A stretch of 64,000 bases of DNA from Amoebidium appalachense (taxonomy: Eukaryota > Protista > Ichthyosporea). This document shows, in pieces, positions 50,853 through 64,000 of the stretch (position 1 is the first letter of the stretch; each line of letters opens with the position of its first letter). The notes under the pieces were generated by a model that was not told the origin of the DNA, did no database searches, and saw only the letters and a program-made list of their open reading frames with translations. The stretch lies in contig CAVNZM010000011.1 in NCBI GenBank assembly GCA_963693365.1, forward strand, positions 6,467,921 to 6,531,920, read 5' to 3'. A program made the position numbers and the translations under genes.

Positions 50853-51515
50853 ATGGCCGCACACAGCATCACTTCTCTCGCCTTCGCCCTGATGGCCCAA
50901 ACCGCCTGCCTCGGTCTAGTGGCCGGCCTTCCCGTGCAGACGTACAATGGCCGAGACATAGCCGACTGCACGCTGAGCCAGGGCTACACACTGCGCTACA
51001 TCGGCGTGTCTGTGCAGAACCCAGTCACAAACACCACAGAGACACTGCGTGTGCTGCCGGGCAACGACTCTGTCGCCTACGCCACCGTCAACGCCCCCCA
51101 CCACACGGACGTCACGGTCAGCTATGTCTTTGAGCCCGTGGCCTTTGCCTCTTCCGTTGCCGGCAACAACCCGTTCTGCAGCAACGCCGTCACCTGGCTG
51201 GGCTTCGTCAACGGCAACCACACACACGGCGAGTGCCTTGATGCCCGCGACGTCTTCATTTCCCACCAGCTGCCCAACGGCACACAGACATACTCGGACG
51301 ACCGAGACGGTGGCCGTGTGGGGCCGTACATGGAGGGCCTGTATGTGCCGCGCGACAGCAACCGCACGGTGACGGGCTACAAGCTGGCTGTCACGTGGTT
51401 CGACGCAAACGAGTTCCCCGGCGCATGCGGGCCCAACAGCACGCACGGTTCCATTCCCATGACTCAGTGCATCGTGCCGGGTGTGCTCCTTCCAGGGGTT
51501 AATTTGGTCGCCTAA
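50853..51515 (+). CDS. Intronless secreted protein of unknown function (220 aa)
   Basis: aacATG start, signal-peptide-like N-terminus, several Cys, six N-x-S/T sequons and strong C/G bias at third codon positions. No family recognised. Confidence 0.8.
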   Translation: MAAHSITSLAFALMAQTACLGLVAGLPVQTYNGRDIADCTLSQGYTLRYIGVSVQNPVTNTTETLRVLPGNDSVAYATVNAPHHTDVTVSYVFEPVAFASSVAGNNPFCSNAVTWLGFVNGNHTHGECLDARDVFISHQLPNGTQTYSDDRDGGRVGPYMEGLYVPRDSNRTVTGYKLAVTWFDANEFPGACGPNSTHGSIPMTQCIVPGVLLPGVNLVA

Positions 51516-52214
51516 CGCGGCAGGGGAGCCCGGGGCGATGCTGATGGCGTCGTTTTAATGCAAGCAAAATGTGGATCCACAACTTGAATGATCAAGCTGC
51601 AGGACATCATATGGCAATACTGGATAAATTAGATCTTTCTACTGTTTATTCTATTGCCCATGCAACTACTACAGCTATTTGCACATATATTTTTGGTGCT
51701 TAATCGTGTAAAATAGCAGGGAGTTCAGCACGATAGTGTAACCCGTGTCTAGGCTTGTGATTATTGGCGTTTGGGGCTATGATTTTGATATGGGTATATT
51801 TGTAACGTGTAAAGGACGAGATCAAAGTTCTAGAATTACCCTCTTTACTCCGTGACCATGGAGTATGTGGGAGCAGGCGCCACACAAAAAAGGCGTGAAC
51901 TACAAAAGCAAACAACAATAAAGAGTTGTTGTTTTTTTAAGGATGCATTCCTTTTGCACAGCTGCTGCACGCTCTGCCTAGAAACCATTTATCATACGAA
52001 GTTAGCCCGTGGCCCATAACGAAAATCGCACGTTCTTTTTCTTTTTTTCTTTTCTTCCCCCCCCCCCCCCCCCCCTTTTTTTTTTTTTTTTTTGTAGATT
52101 TGTTCGTACCAAACTCCAAATTTCTCAGTTTTGCTCACACTTAGCACATGAACACACACACATGTACAAACAGTGCATGCGCCAAGCGCTACCTCCAGCT
52201 CCCTTCCTCCCTGC

Positions 52215-53615
<1,401 letters not shown>

Positions 53616-53794
53616 TTTTATCTTGTCATTCTCCTCCCGCTTTTGTTCGATTTATTCCTTTCTTCTTGTTCTGTATCTGAAAGATCCCCTTCGAGGCATC
53701 GAGATATCCTCCCTACCCCCATACCCCCACCCCCTACCCCTCCCCTCCCCCCCCTGCCCCGCCTCATCGTACAATAGCAAAACTCGCACAACAG

Positions 53795-55010
53795 ATCAAA
53801 GAACAATAATGCCATTAGAGACCATGGCCATGGGCACCCACCGTGCCATATCGACTATCTTGCGACGTAGGAGAATAAGACCAAAGGTATTCGCGGCAGT
53901 GATTGGTTGGAGGTGTGTGTGTGTGGGGGGGGGGGGGGGGGGGAAGAATTTATGAGACTTGAGAGAAAGAGATCTGGAGCATGCTTATATACAGTAACGG
54001 GCCATCATGTGGCACATGTGCTGGGAACATAGCAATCTCGTTACTTACACCAGCAAACTACGGACACCATCGGACCTCACTTCCTCAGAAACAATCCGGT
54101 GACATTGGGATGTGTCATGATAGGTGAATCATCGGCAAAGGGTTTGGGGGAAGGGGGGACTGGGTGGGTTTATGTTTCGGGTGGGGGCTCCCTGGATTCC
54201 GTCAAGTCCTTTACTGCCCCCCCCCCCCCCCCCCTCCCCCCCCCCGCCCTCCCCTCCCTCCCTCCCTTCCCTCTCCCCCCCCTCCGGTCGTAAGACAGCG
54301 GCTCAAACCTCCCAGGGTCCCCTTCCAATCCGTCTCCCCTACCCCTACCCCCTTCCCCCCCCCCCCCCCCCTGTAATCACCCACTTGCTCCCACAGATCC
54401 CGATTCTCACAGTTCCTCCAGGCCTCCCCAGTAACTCTCTTTCTTCTCTTGGCCCCTCCTTCCATTAACAGTCCTGTTATTCCTGTCCTCTTTGTCTTCA
54501 GGTTGCCCCCGCTCACGGGCCAAAACCTACCCTGATCAACTTGTCTATTCACGGGTTGCATAAACCCCCCTATCCCCTTCCCTCACAAGGAAAAAAGAAA
54601 GGGTGGAAATTTTTATATACACTATTTCTCGCATCATGAATCCACTACTACGTTAATGTGACAAAGAAGGTGGCTGGTTAAAGTGAACAAGCATGCTTCG
54701 GCTACATAGATGGGCGATCAACGTCGGCTGTGTTCCCCCGCCGAGTTATTCAGAGGCTAGTTGATTGTAGCAATGCCAAAGATAGGTGCACGTCTATTAA
54801 GTGTGCCTTTTCGCGTTCCCACGATAAGCAGACAGTGCACCAGTGTGGGGTATCGCCCAGACTGTTAAGCACGAAACCTCTGGAAAGGTTGCACTGGCAC
54901 ATTTCCCGGTTGATTGCGGGACAAAAGATTTTTCAAGACGGATTATATCACCAATTACACGTGCGAGGCTGGTACCCACAAAAAGGCAGCGGTGCTGAAT
55001 ATGACCTTGA
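53795..55010 (+). pseudogene. Decayed subtilisin (S8A) fragments
   Basis: 53820-53859 reads DHGH(G)/GTHRAISTI across a 1-nt frameshift, resembling the catalytic His motif HGTH. 54841-55009 reads CGVSP..LIAG..DYITN..KKAAVLNMTL with frameshifts, resembling YGVAK..IAG.D....AV.NMSL. Confidence 0.5.
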
Positions 55011-55419
55011 TAAAAAAGGTTCAAGTCAAAAACCGTTTGAGAGTCTTGAGTTTCCAGTTATTGAAATCCCCCCCCCCCCCCCCCCCCCCCCCCAAGTTCC
55101 CCCTCCCCCCCTCCCCCTCTCCCCCCCCACCTCCCTCCCCCCACTCGCTTGCGTCCACAAATCAGTTCCTTACACTTTCCCTGAGGCTCCTTGTCTCCCC
55201 AGATAATACCCATACTTCTCTCGCTCAGTAATCTCACCGTAAGAAGCCCTTTCCTCCTCTCTGTGTTTTTTCCCCCACCAAATAAGCCAAAAACTGTCAG
55301 TCATCTATAATTCATTGCCTAGTCCCCTCCTCCCCCCCCTTCCCCCGGGGCCCCCCACCCACCCACCCACCCACCCACCCACCCACCCACCCACCCTTCC
55401 AGCTATCTATCGCCTAACC

Positions 55420-55472
<53 letters not shown>

Positions 55473-55728
55473 AGCCTCCCCTAGTTCCACTTTACTGTAA
55501 GTCACCTCTCGTATTTGTTCCTTAGCAGCTGCTGCAATAAGGGCTAGACCGTCAACACAATGGCTCCATTCGACTTCAACAACGATTTGTATCATCCTAA
55601 ACAAAAAGGTAGGAGACTTTGAACGATCTGCATCCAAATGTATGTATTGGTGATTGGGGCCCGGGCCCCTCGGGTGGTTCCATCGGAGCCCAGAGGAATG
55701 TGGGGATATCCATGGATGTCAGCAGGAA

Positions 55729-55765
<37 letters not shown>

Positions 55766-56354
55766 GGGGAGGGGGGGGTGGGGTGGGGGGGGGGGGAGGT
55801 GGGAGGGGGAGGGGAAGGCCGAGGGGGGAGCAATGGGAGGAAGTTTTGTTTTAGCGGACCAAAGTTTGATATGTATTTTCTGCCAAGGCTTTGTGCAAAA
55901 CGTCATATTGTCCACTACATGCACACTCATCATTATGGATGCATGAGATGGAGAAGGGATTACAGATAATGTGGTAAAAATTCCTTATACCTCCCCTTTC
56001 ATTCCCGCCCTGCCTCCCCCCCCCCTCCCGCCCCCCCCATGCAGAAATACAAACCTATATATTTCACTACTGAGATAGGTTTGGTTGCCAAGGGGCTGCA
56101 GGATCTAGGCCTGTTCATGAATATTAGGTGTGACTGTGCGTGTGTGTGTGTGTGTGCGCGTGTGTGTGCATGTGCGTGCGCGTGCACGTGCGCACGTGTG
56201 TGTGGGTGTGTGTGCGTATGTGCGTAACCGCACATGGGTGTGTGCGTGTGTTTTACATGAGGTGCGGGGCAGGGTGGATTGGCCAGGGGGGGGGTGGAGA
56301 GGGGGAGGGTGGGAGGGAGGGGGGAGGGGAGAAGGGGGGAATGGGGGGGGAGGG

Positions 56355-56385
<31 letters not shown>

Positions 56386-56669
56386 GGGGGGGGGGGACAA
56401 ATGCTGGAACTGGGACTCAACCGAGAAAACGAGAACATGCATGTCCAATGGACCAGCATGTGGCAAATGTGAGGGATAATGCCAAACCGCATAAGAAAAA
56501 CTCGATCTCAGATCAATGCACACTTAACCATTCGTGACATCATCGTCATTGTATAAGGCCTCATATGACTCATAACAGAGTCTAGCCTTGCGACGTAAAG
56601 GTGGGCCTAGGGGATTCCTAACGAAGAGTAGAGTAGGGGTTGGTGTTTTGTTTTCCTTTTTTTTTTTGT

Positions 56670-56701
<32 letters not shown>

Positions 56702-57136
56702 GGAGGGGGGGAGGGGGGGAGGGGGGGAAGGAGAGGGGGGGTTCACCTTTTCCAGATGCCTTTATTAGTTCCACGTTGTTTTTTGGATCTCGTAGGCACA
56801 TTTGTTTTTGTTATTTTGTCGAATTGAATGTAGCATGTGGATGCATGTTTTCTTTTTATCAGATACCAAGTTACCACAAAGGAATCCAGGATGGCTGAGA
56901 AAGATATGTCTACTTTAGCTACATATATGGGCGACCAGATGTCACAGACCTGATCAATGCAATGAGCCTGTACGACTATTTCCCGTCTGCTTGTTCGTGT
57001 TCCCGCGATAAGCATATTATGCACAATTGAGGGGTGGTCGCCCAGAGCGTTGAGCAAAAAACAAATGACCAGTTGTACGGACATTTTTCTATATCGATTG
57101 TGGGACTAGCTCGGATAAACCCAAACACCGATTCAT

Positions 57137-57167
<31 letters not shown>

Positions 57168-57169
57168 AA

Positions 57170-57200
<31 letters not shown>

Positions 57201-57232
57201 ATTCCATCCTCCATCCTCTCGCCCTCCCTCCC

Positions 57233-57272
<40 letters not shown>

Positions 57273-57736
57273 CCCTCTTCCCCTCAATCGCTTACTTGCT
57301 CCCACGCAGTCTCACAATCACATCCTCCACACCACCACCATATGTTCCATTCTTCCCCCGGCCCATCAGTATGCTGTCATGTGTTTTTCTTCCCCATGGT
57401 CATGTCTCCCACCGAGGAGCCAGGGCCTACCGATAATTTCAAGTTACTTTAAGCCCAGCCCCCCCCCCCCCCCCCCCCCCCCCCTCCTTCCTCCCCCCTT
57501 CCCAAACTTTAAAAAGACTCCTCATTTCAAGATTTCCATAGGGTACCCCCCAAACAACAACAAAAAAAAAAACAAAGAAAAACACAAGCTCCAAATATAA
57601 CAATATAAACAAAACGAAAAAAATAAGCGCAAAATACGAATTTTATCATGAAGTTTCGTGATTTGTATGCGGCCGATGGGGTGTATGGTGTTGGAGGGGG
57701 CGGGAGAGAGAGAGAGATAAAAGAGAGAGGGGAGGG

Positions 57737-57813
<77 letters not shown>

Positions 57814-58007
57814 TGTGTGTGTGTGTGTGTGTGTGTGCCTGCATGCACGCACGCGCGTGTGATCTGGACTCGGAAGCCCAGAGATAGAGGGAGGGGAGGA
57901 GAAAGAGTGTGCGGGGGACATGGGGCGAGAGCGAGGGGAAAGGGGGGCGGGGAAGAGAGAAAGAGAGGCGGGGGGGGGGGGGGGGGGGAGGAAGACAGAT
58001 AGGGGTA

Positions 58008-58187
<180 letters not shown>

Positions 58188-59603
58188 GAAACGCGGATTA
58201 GTGTGGAGTGATTTGGGGTGGAAGTTGGTGGAGAGAATGGGGGGTGGGGGTGGGGGGAGGGGGGTGGGGGGGGGGGAGGGGGGGAGGGAGGAATGCAAGC
58301 GTGTGTTATGAGTTTGAGAACTTGAAGAGGACACGCCTGTTCAATAGGCTATAGATGTGGAATACACACGTGGGAAAATGGCAAACCTTGTTACGTACAC
58401 CACCATAATTCGGTGTGAGATCGATGCACATTAATAGACACCAGCATAACCTCACGATCGAGTTATTTCTCTCTTCTCTCCTCTATTCTTATTCGACATT
58501 ATCGTCAGCTTCAGGATATACAATATGAAAATTGAATTCCTAAATCCAGAAAATGGTAAAATCCGGATTTTATCAGATCATAAATTGTAAATAATAATAC
58601 GAAATTGAGAATAATTAAATAGTTATTTGATTGATTTATGAAGATGGGTATGATGTGTTTTTGAGTGTTTGTGTCTGTTGTGTCTACGTGTGTGTGTGGG
58701 AGCATTTACAGGTTTGTGTGAGTGTATGCTTGCGACTGGATACATCTGTGTGGTGCCGTCTGAAAACGTGCGGTTGGGTGGGGTGGGATTGGGGGTGAGG
58801 GGAGGGTTAAGGGGGAAGGGAGGGGGGAAGGGAGGGGGGGGAAGGGGGGGGGGGGGGGGGGGGGAGGGGGGGGGGGGGTCGAGGTCAGGCGAGAAGAAAT
58901 ACACAGCCTGAATAAATATGGAGAAGAGTGTGTGAGAGAAAGGGGAGGGGAGAGGGGGGTAAAGAGAAAGGAGGGAAGGGTTGGAGGGAAGTGGTTTAAG
59001 CAAAGAGTGGGAACACAAACGGGAGGGGTGATCACATGGGGGGAGGGGGTTGGAGGGGGGCAGAAGGGAGGGGTTTAGGCGAAGAGTAGGGGCACAAAAA
59101 AGGTTTGGAAACATGTAAACATGTATACGTGCAGTAGTGAAGTTTTAGGAGTAAAGAGAATGGACACGATGGACAGGACTTGGGGGAGTGTCCGGGGCTT
59201 GGGGATGGTAGCAACAATCGAGAACATCAGGCATGGCAAGGATTGGATAGGTGTAGGAATTATCATCAATCTCACGTTAAGTATTGGGGGAGGGGGGGGG
59301 GGGAGGGGGGGGGAGGGGGGGGGGGGGGGGGGGGGGGGCACGGAGGGGGGGGGGGGGGGGGGGGGAGGGGGGGGCAATGTGGGCAATGGATATTGCGGGT
59401 AGTCGGGTGGTGGTGTGTTGGAAGGATTAAAAAAAAGAGTGGGGGGGGGGGGGGGGGGAGGGGGGGGAGGGGGGAGGGGGGGGAGGGAGGGAGGGGAACG
59501 AGGGATTATAAACGGCGGAAAGGGGGGAGACGAGAAAGGGGAAAGGGAGGGGGGAGGGGGGGGGGCGGGGGGCACGGGAAGGGGGGGGAGGGGGGGGGTT
59601 TAC

Positions 59604-59673
59604 CTGACGAGGGGTTGCATCGGGGAACTTTGAGAGGTAGAGGGCAGCAGCACCGGCAACATGGGGAGACGCC
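59604..59673 (-). pseudogene. Intact subtilisin exon immediately after the catalytic Ser, inverted relative to the rest of the gene
   Basis: aaatcag|g + ASPHVAGAAALYLSKFPDATPRQ|gtaaac followed by poly-C. Matches the S8 motif (GTSM)ASPHVAGAAAL. Confidence 0.8.
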
Positions 59674-59917
59674 CTGATTTGATTCGGTGATGTGAGTTTG
59701 GGCGAGAATTTTAAATTGCGTTTTAGGTTGCAAGCAATGTGTGTGTGTCTTTTGGCCAAAACCTCATGAAGAATAATTGAATTTCTTAAGATGCATCCTC
59801 GCCGGCCAGCCCAATATCAAATCCCAATATCCTAACACACGCACAACCGAAACCTAACCCAACCCTTGCTTTCTTTAACATAACTTACTATATATCCCTA
59901 CGAAAATCTCCTCTCAG

Positions 59918-60313
59918 GTGGAGGCCGGTCTTAAAGCGCACGCAACAAAGGGTGCCCTAACCAACCTCCTCGCCACCTACGCCATCACCACTATCTCTAC
60001 GTCGATTTCACAAACACCACCCTCCCCACCGTTATCGAACCTTCCTCCGTCCCTATCACATGGACTTGCAGGTTTCCCCGCCGCAACAACAACTGCTACA
60101 GAAACAGTTAACCCTACAACCACCATCACCGCTCCTGTTGCAATTACCACCACAATGTTTAACCCTACTACTACTACGGCGACTCCCACCACCATCACCA
60201 CCACCGGCCCGGCCCCGTCTCCGACTTGTCGGAGCAACTTTGGGTCGTCGTATAATGAGTTCTGCAACCTGGGTAACAACTGCGTGCTCTATTCGTTCTG
60301 CGTTAAAATTTAA
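59918..60313 (+). pseudogene. Terminal exon of the subtilisin-like gene: S8 C-terminus, Thr/Pro-rich linker and 4-Cys tail
   Basis: ctctcag|VEAGLKAHATKGALTNL continues ATPRQ in phase 0, as in the proteinase-K-type ATPxQVxxxLxxxATKGxL. Open to TAA at 60313. Confidence 0.6.
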
Positions 60314-60730
60314 AATGGTAAGATTAAACGATCGTGCCTCTATTTACTCTGCGTTATATTTAAGAAATAACAAGATTGAAGTGAGCCTGCTCTATTCCAT
60401 GTTGTTGTTAGTTGATGTCTACCAATCAAGTATCCAACTCGCCGGTCTTTTCCATGGCCTGTCGCTTGCGGCGGTTTAAATTGTTAAAAATTATGTTGCG
60501 GTAGTTTATTGGTTTACATCACACGTAATTTATTGTGGTAGTTTCAATGATAATAGTGCATCCACAATCGATGAGATGATTATTGTGCCAACAAAATAAC
60601 GCTTGTGGTTCTTTCGGAGTCTATTCAATCCATACTTCAGCGATTATCTAGCACACTGTGTATGCGAAATATATTCACGAGGGTTCATTTTGAACCTCGT
60701 CCCGGGTGTTCTGACTTTCTTGCTTGCCCT

Positions 60731-60774
<44 letters not shown>

Positions 60775-60871
60775 ACCTCTCCCATCAAAATAGTTTTATT
60801 TATTTTTTGAAGTTAGAGTGATTCATTACACCCGACGAACCGCCGTGAAACACACACACACACACACACGT

Positions 60872-60932
<61 letters not shown>

Positions 60933-60973
60933 CGCGCGCACGCACACACACAATACACACACGTGCACACACA

Positions 60974-61012
<39 letters not shown>

Positions 61013-61087
61013 ACACACACACACACACGGCCCAAACATGGGTGCACACACCGTGGCACATCATAAACACACACAAGGTTGAAACAC

Positions 61088-61135
<48 letters not shown>

Positions 61136-61870
61136 GAAGATACGAAGTCAGATGTTTTTAATATGGAGAGCCTCTTTAAGAGCTCTCTCGTCAATTTCTT
61201 CGTCAATTTTACTTACCAGAGTCCCACACGGGGAGAAAAGCTTGAGCCTTTCTTATTTTTAAATTTGTTATTATTATTATTACTCAAGGTTTATTATTAT
61301 TGTTGTTGTTGTTGTTATTATTATTATTATTATTATTATTTTATTTTATTTTTTTTTTTTTTTGGGGGGGGGGGGGGGGGGGGAGGGGGGGGGAGCTGAA
61401 CTGAATTCCGATGGCATCCATTTAAGACGATTTGCCACATGCTGTAGCATTAACCCCGGCTGGCACCAGGCCAACCCTTCTGCTAGTTAGAAAACGTAAA
61501 GCTAGATAACCACTGAGATATACCACACCTAGCTAGGCACCAGCTGGGTATAGCCTCTGAGTAATATCGAACATAGTCCAGTGCTGATAATCGCAGAAAT
61601 ACATTTGGCCTAGACAACCAACTAGATAACTGTGGCCAGTGAGTGTCACCAAGCACACAGTGAATGTGTCTGTTATCCAACGAGTTCTGTTATAAAGCAG
61701 AAAAATCCACACTGATGAATGATTAGTATGCTTTTCGTAGTTAGCATCCCCCCTCCCCCCCCCTCCCCCCCCCCCCGTCCCTCCCTCCCCTCCCCCCCCC
61801 CCCCCTTCCCCCCCTCCCCCCCAACCCCCACACGCGCGCGGTCTCTTTTCTCTCTTTCTTCCTCTCCTTC

Positions 61871-61997
<127 letters not shown>

Positions 61998-62218
61998 CCC
62001 CCCCCTTCTCTCCCTCTCTCTCTCCCCTCCCTCCTCTCCCTCTCTCTCTCTGTGTACATGTGTGTGTATGGTGTCTCCCCATTCTCGAGAGAGCGCGCGC
62101 ACACACACGCACGCACACATGTGCTCACACGCATGCCGACACGCACGCATACACACGCATACATGCACACACACACACACACATTACACACACGCACACA
62201 CAGACAGACATACAAACA

Positions 62219-62317
<99 letters not shown>

Positions 62318-64000
62318 CACACACACACGTCACACGCATGCACCCAGGCACATGCACACACACAAACATGTTAGCCTTTGTTTGTTCCCAAATTTGTGAC
62401 CATTTCGAAATCAGTTCTGTCGGCCGCATATGTACCGTATGTACCGTAGTAGGCTGTTCACATGGCGTGATGATGCATGTCATGTAATGTACTGGTCCCT
62501 GGTGCAGTCCTGTTCACATTAGGCTCGAGCTCGTAGCTTCCGGGCACGCCTGAAAGTTGCGCCCGCTCAGGCGACGTCCGAGTCGAATTAGAACCTCAAT
62601 CAACCTCTCATGATCACTCAGCCGGAATTTCAAAGCGGCCGCTGACTCGATCGTTGCATGAAAAGTGCCGCCGTGCTGACCTTACAAGACGTTCGAACAA
62701 GGCTGACCACTGTCTGGCTGTCGCCAGTCTGTCGGCCGACTGTCGACTGTCGAGTCATGCTGCGGTTGAACAGAGCCTCCCTCGGCGCGGGCACGTGCAC
62801 ACTGATCACCAGGTGACCGGGTGACCCTTGCAGTTGGAGCAACCCTGTTGGTGTGTAGCTGTTCAAATGCCATCTCGTAAAGGGCCAAAATCGCAAAGAA
62901 AATGCTCTCCAAAGACGCCTGGGGCACTTATTTTGTTGTAGCTGGAGGCAAATATACCAGAAATGCTTTTGAAGATAGGATAGGCTAATCATTGGCACAA
63001 CTTAGTATTATTATATGTTACCACGTGACCCCAAAAACTTTTAGTAATTGCACACCCTGTTATCACACCGAAAAGCCACCAATCACAGTCGGTGAGCATG
63101 ACGTATCCAATAGGAAATTAGTATCACACTCGGTAATGCACCAGGCTGACATAAAAACATTGTTTACCAATAAACCGATCAGAAACCAATCATAACGCAG
63201 AAATCTAAAAGGTCTACGAATCGTATGCCAACCGTCACCAGCCGAAGAGGGCACCAAAAATCAGATCCGCCCAGACGGTAGCAATTTATGCACTACACAA
63301 TGCATATGATGACCAAGTAAAGTAATATATACTTACCACTGTCCAACTAGAAGAAAAAAATATCATTACACTGAGAAGATTAATTCATAAATAGGGTTTT
63401 GTAGACACCGTGTTGCCATAAGCTGGCCTCATTTGTCAACTTACTACATAGTTTTGGCTGTACACACTGCAACGTATGCATTTCTGCGATTGGCCAATAA
63501 TCACGCCTCGGGAGGCGGCCACCGAGTTGCATGACCGGCCACAACCCATGGCACAACGTTCCTGTTCCCAAAGTCACACAGCACTCGACCGTATGTATGA
63601 TATGATGCACGGAGTTGTGATTTTTAATGCCCACCTGCTTTATTATCCCTACAATTTCTGTCGAAGAAAGTTAGTTGGTAAATTCATCAGCATAGTAATG
63701 AGCATGCACAACTACTTATTTTGGCGAAGAACAGGATCCAAGGGTAGCATGTTTACCTTGGGAAATAAAAGTTGGTGAATAGTGTTTTTCCTCACACAAG
63801 CTCTCAACGAAAATTCGTTTTTATAGTATCGTTGTTTTTTGGGTGTTCGGCATATATAAACAATAGAAAATGCCGGACGTTGAGAAGAACTTTCAGCAAC
63901 CCAAGTCACGGGCAATGACACGGTGGCTGTTGGAGCTTTTAAAGCTTTCTACGTGGATTGTTTTGTTCGTTTCGGCAGCACATTATGATTTAGGAGCCAT

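Noticed and set aside
55460-55720. Further subtilisin remnants (AAGN-like, CxDI-like)
   Set aside because: They need assumed frameshifts and are too short to distinguish from chance.
56047-57080. Possible plus-strand exons (KYKPIYFTTEIGLVAKGLQDLGLFMNI; YQVTTKESRMAEK...)
   Set aside because: Plausible splice sites, but no recognisable homology and early stops, so a gene call cannot be supported.

Overview
Eukaryotic, intron-rich DNA packed with poly-C/G tracts and (CA/GT)n and (GA/CT)n microsatellites, so nearly all ORFs in the supplied track are repeat artefacts. The genes were rebuilt by hand from GT-AG exons. An animal-type XRCC1 and ACOT7-like genes suggest a holozoan, possibly a unicellular one; this taxonomy is inference only. 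Contents: (1) an 18-exon, 5'-partial XRCC1 gene (+, 1190-17030) with an intronic tRNA-Lys(CTT); (2) a 5'-truncated non-LTR retrotransposon (about 19.0-20.4 kb); (3) two tandem 14-exon ACOT7-like double-hotdog acyl-CoA thioesterase paralogues (-, 20913-32401 and 33648-43928); (4) two intronless secreted-protein genes (45128-46249, Cys-rich repeats; 50853-51515, orphan); (5) a degenerate repeat-protein gene (-, about 49.1-50.7 kb); (6) remnants of a subtilisin (S8) gene (about 53.8-60.3 kb) with one intact exon on the opposite strand. Most interesting signals: an apparent intron code in which sense-strand poly-C follows most 5' splice sites, especially weak ones, and (CA)n replaces the pyrimidine tract at some acceptors; a partly triplicated ACOT exon whose two outer fragments could splice into an exact in-frame replacement; a hairpin-rich intronic repeat family always co-oriented with its host gene; and the inverted subtilisin exon.
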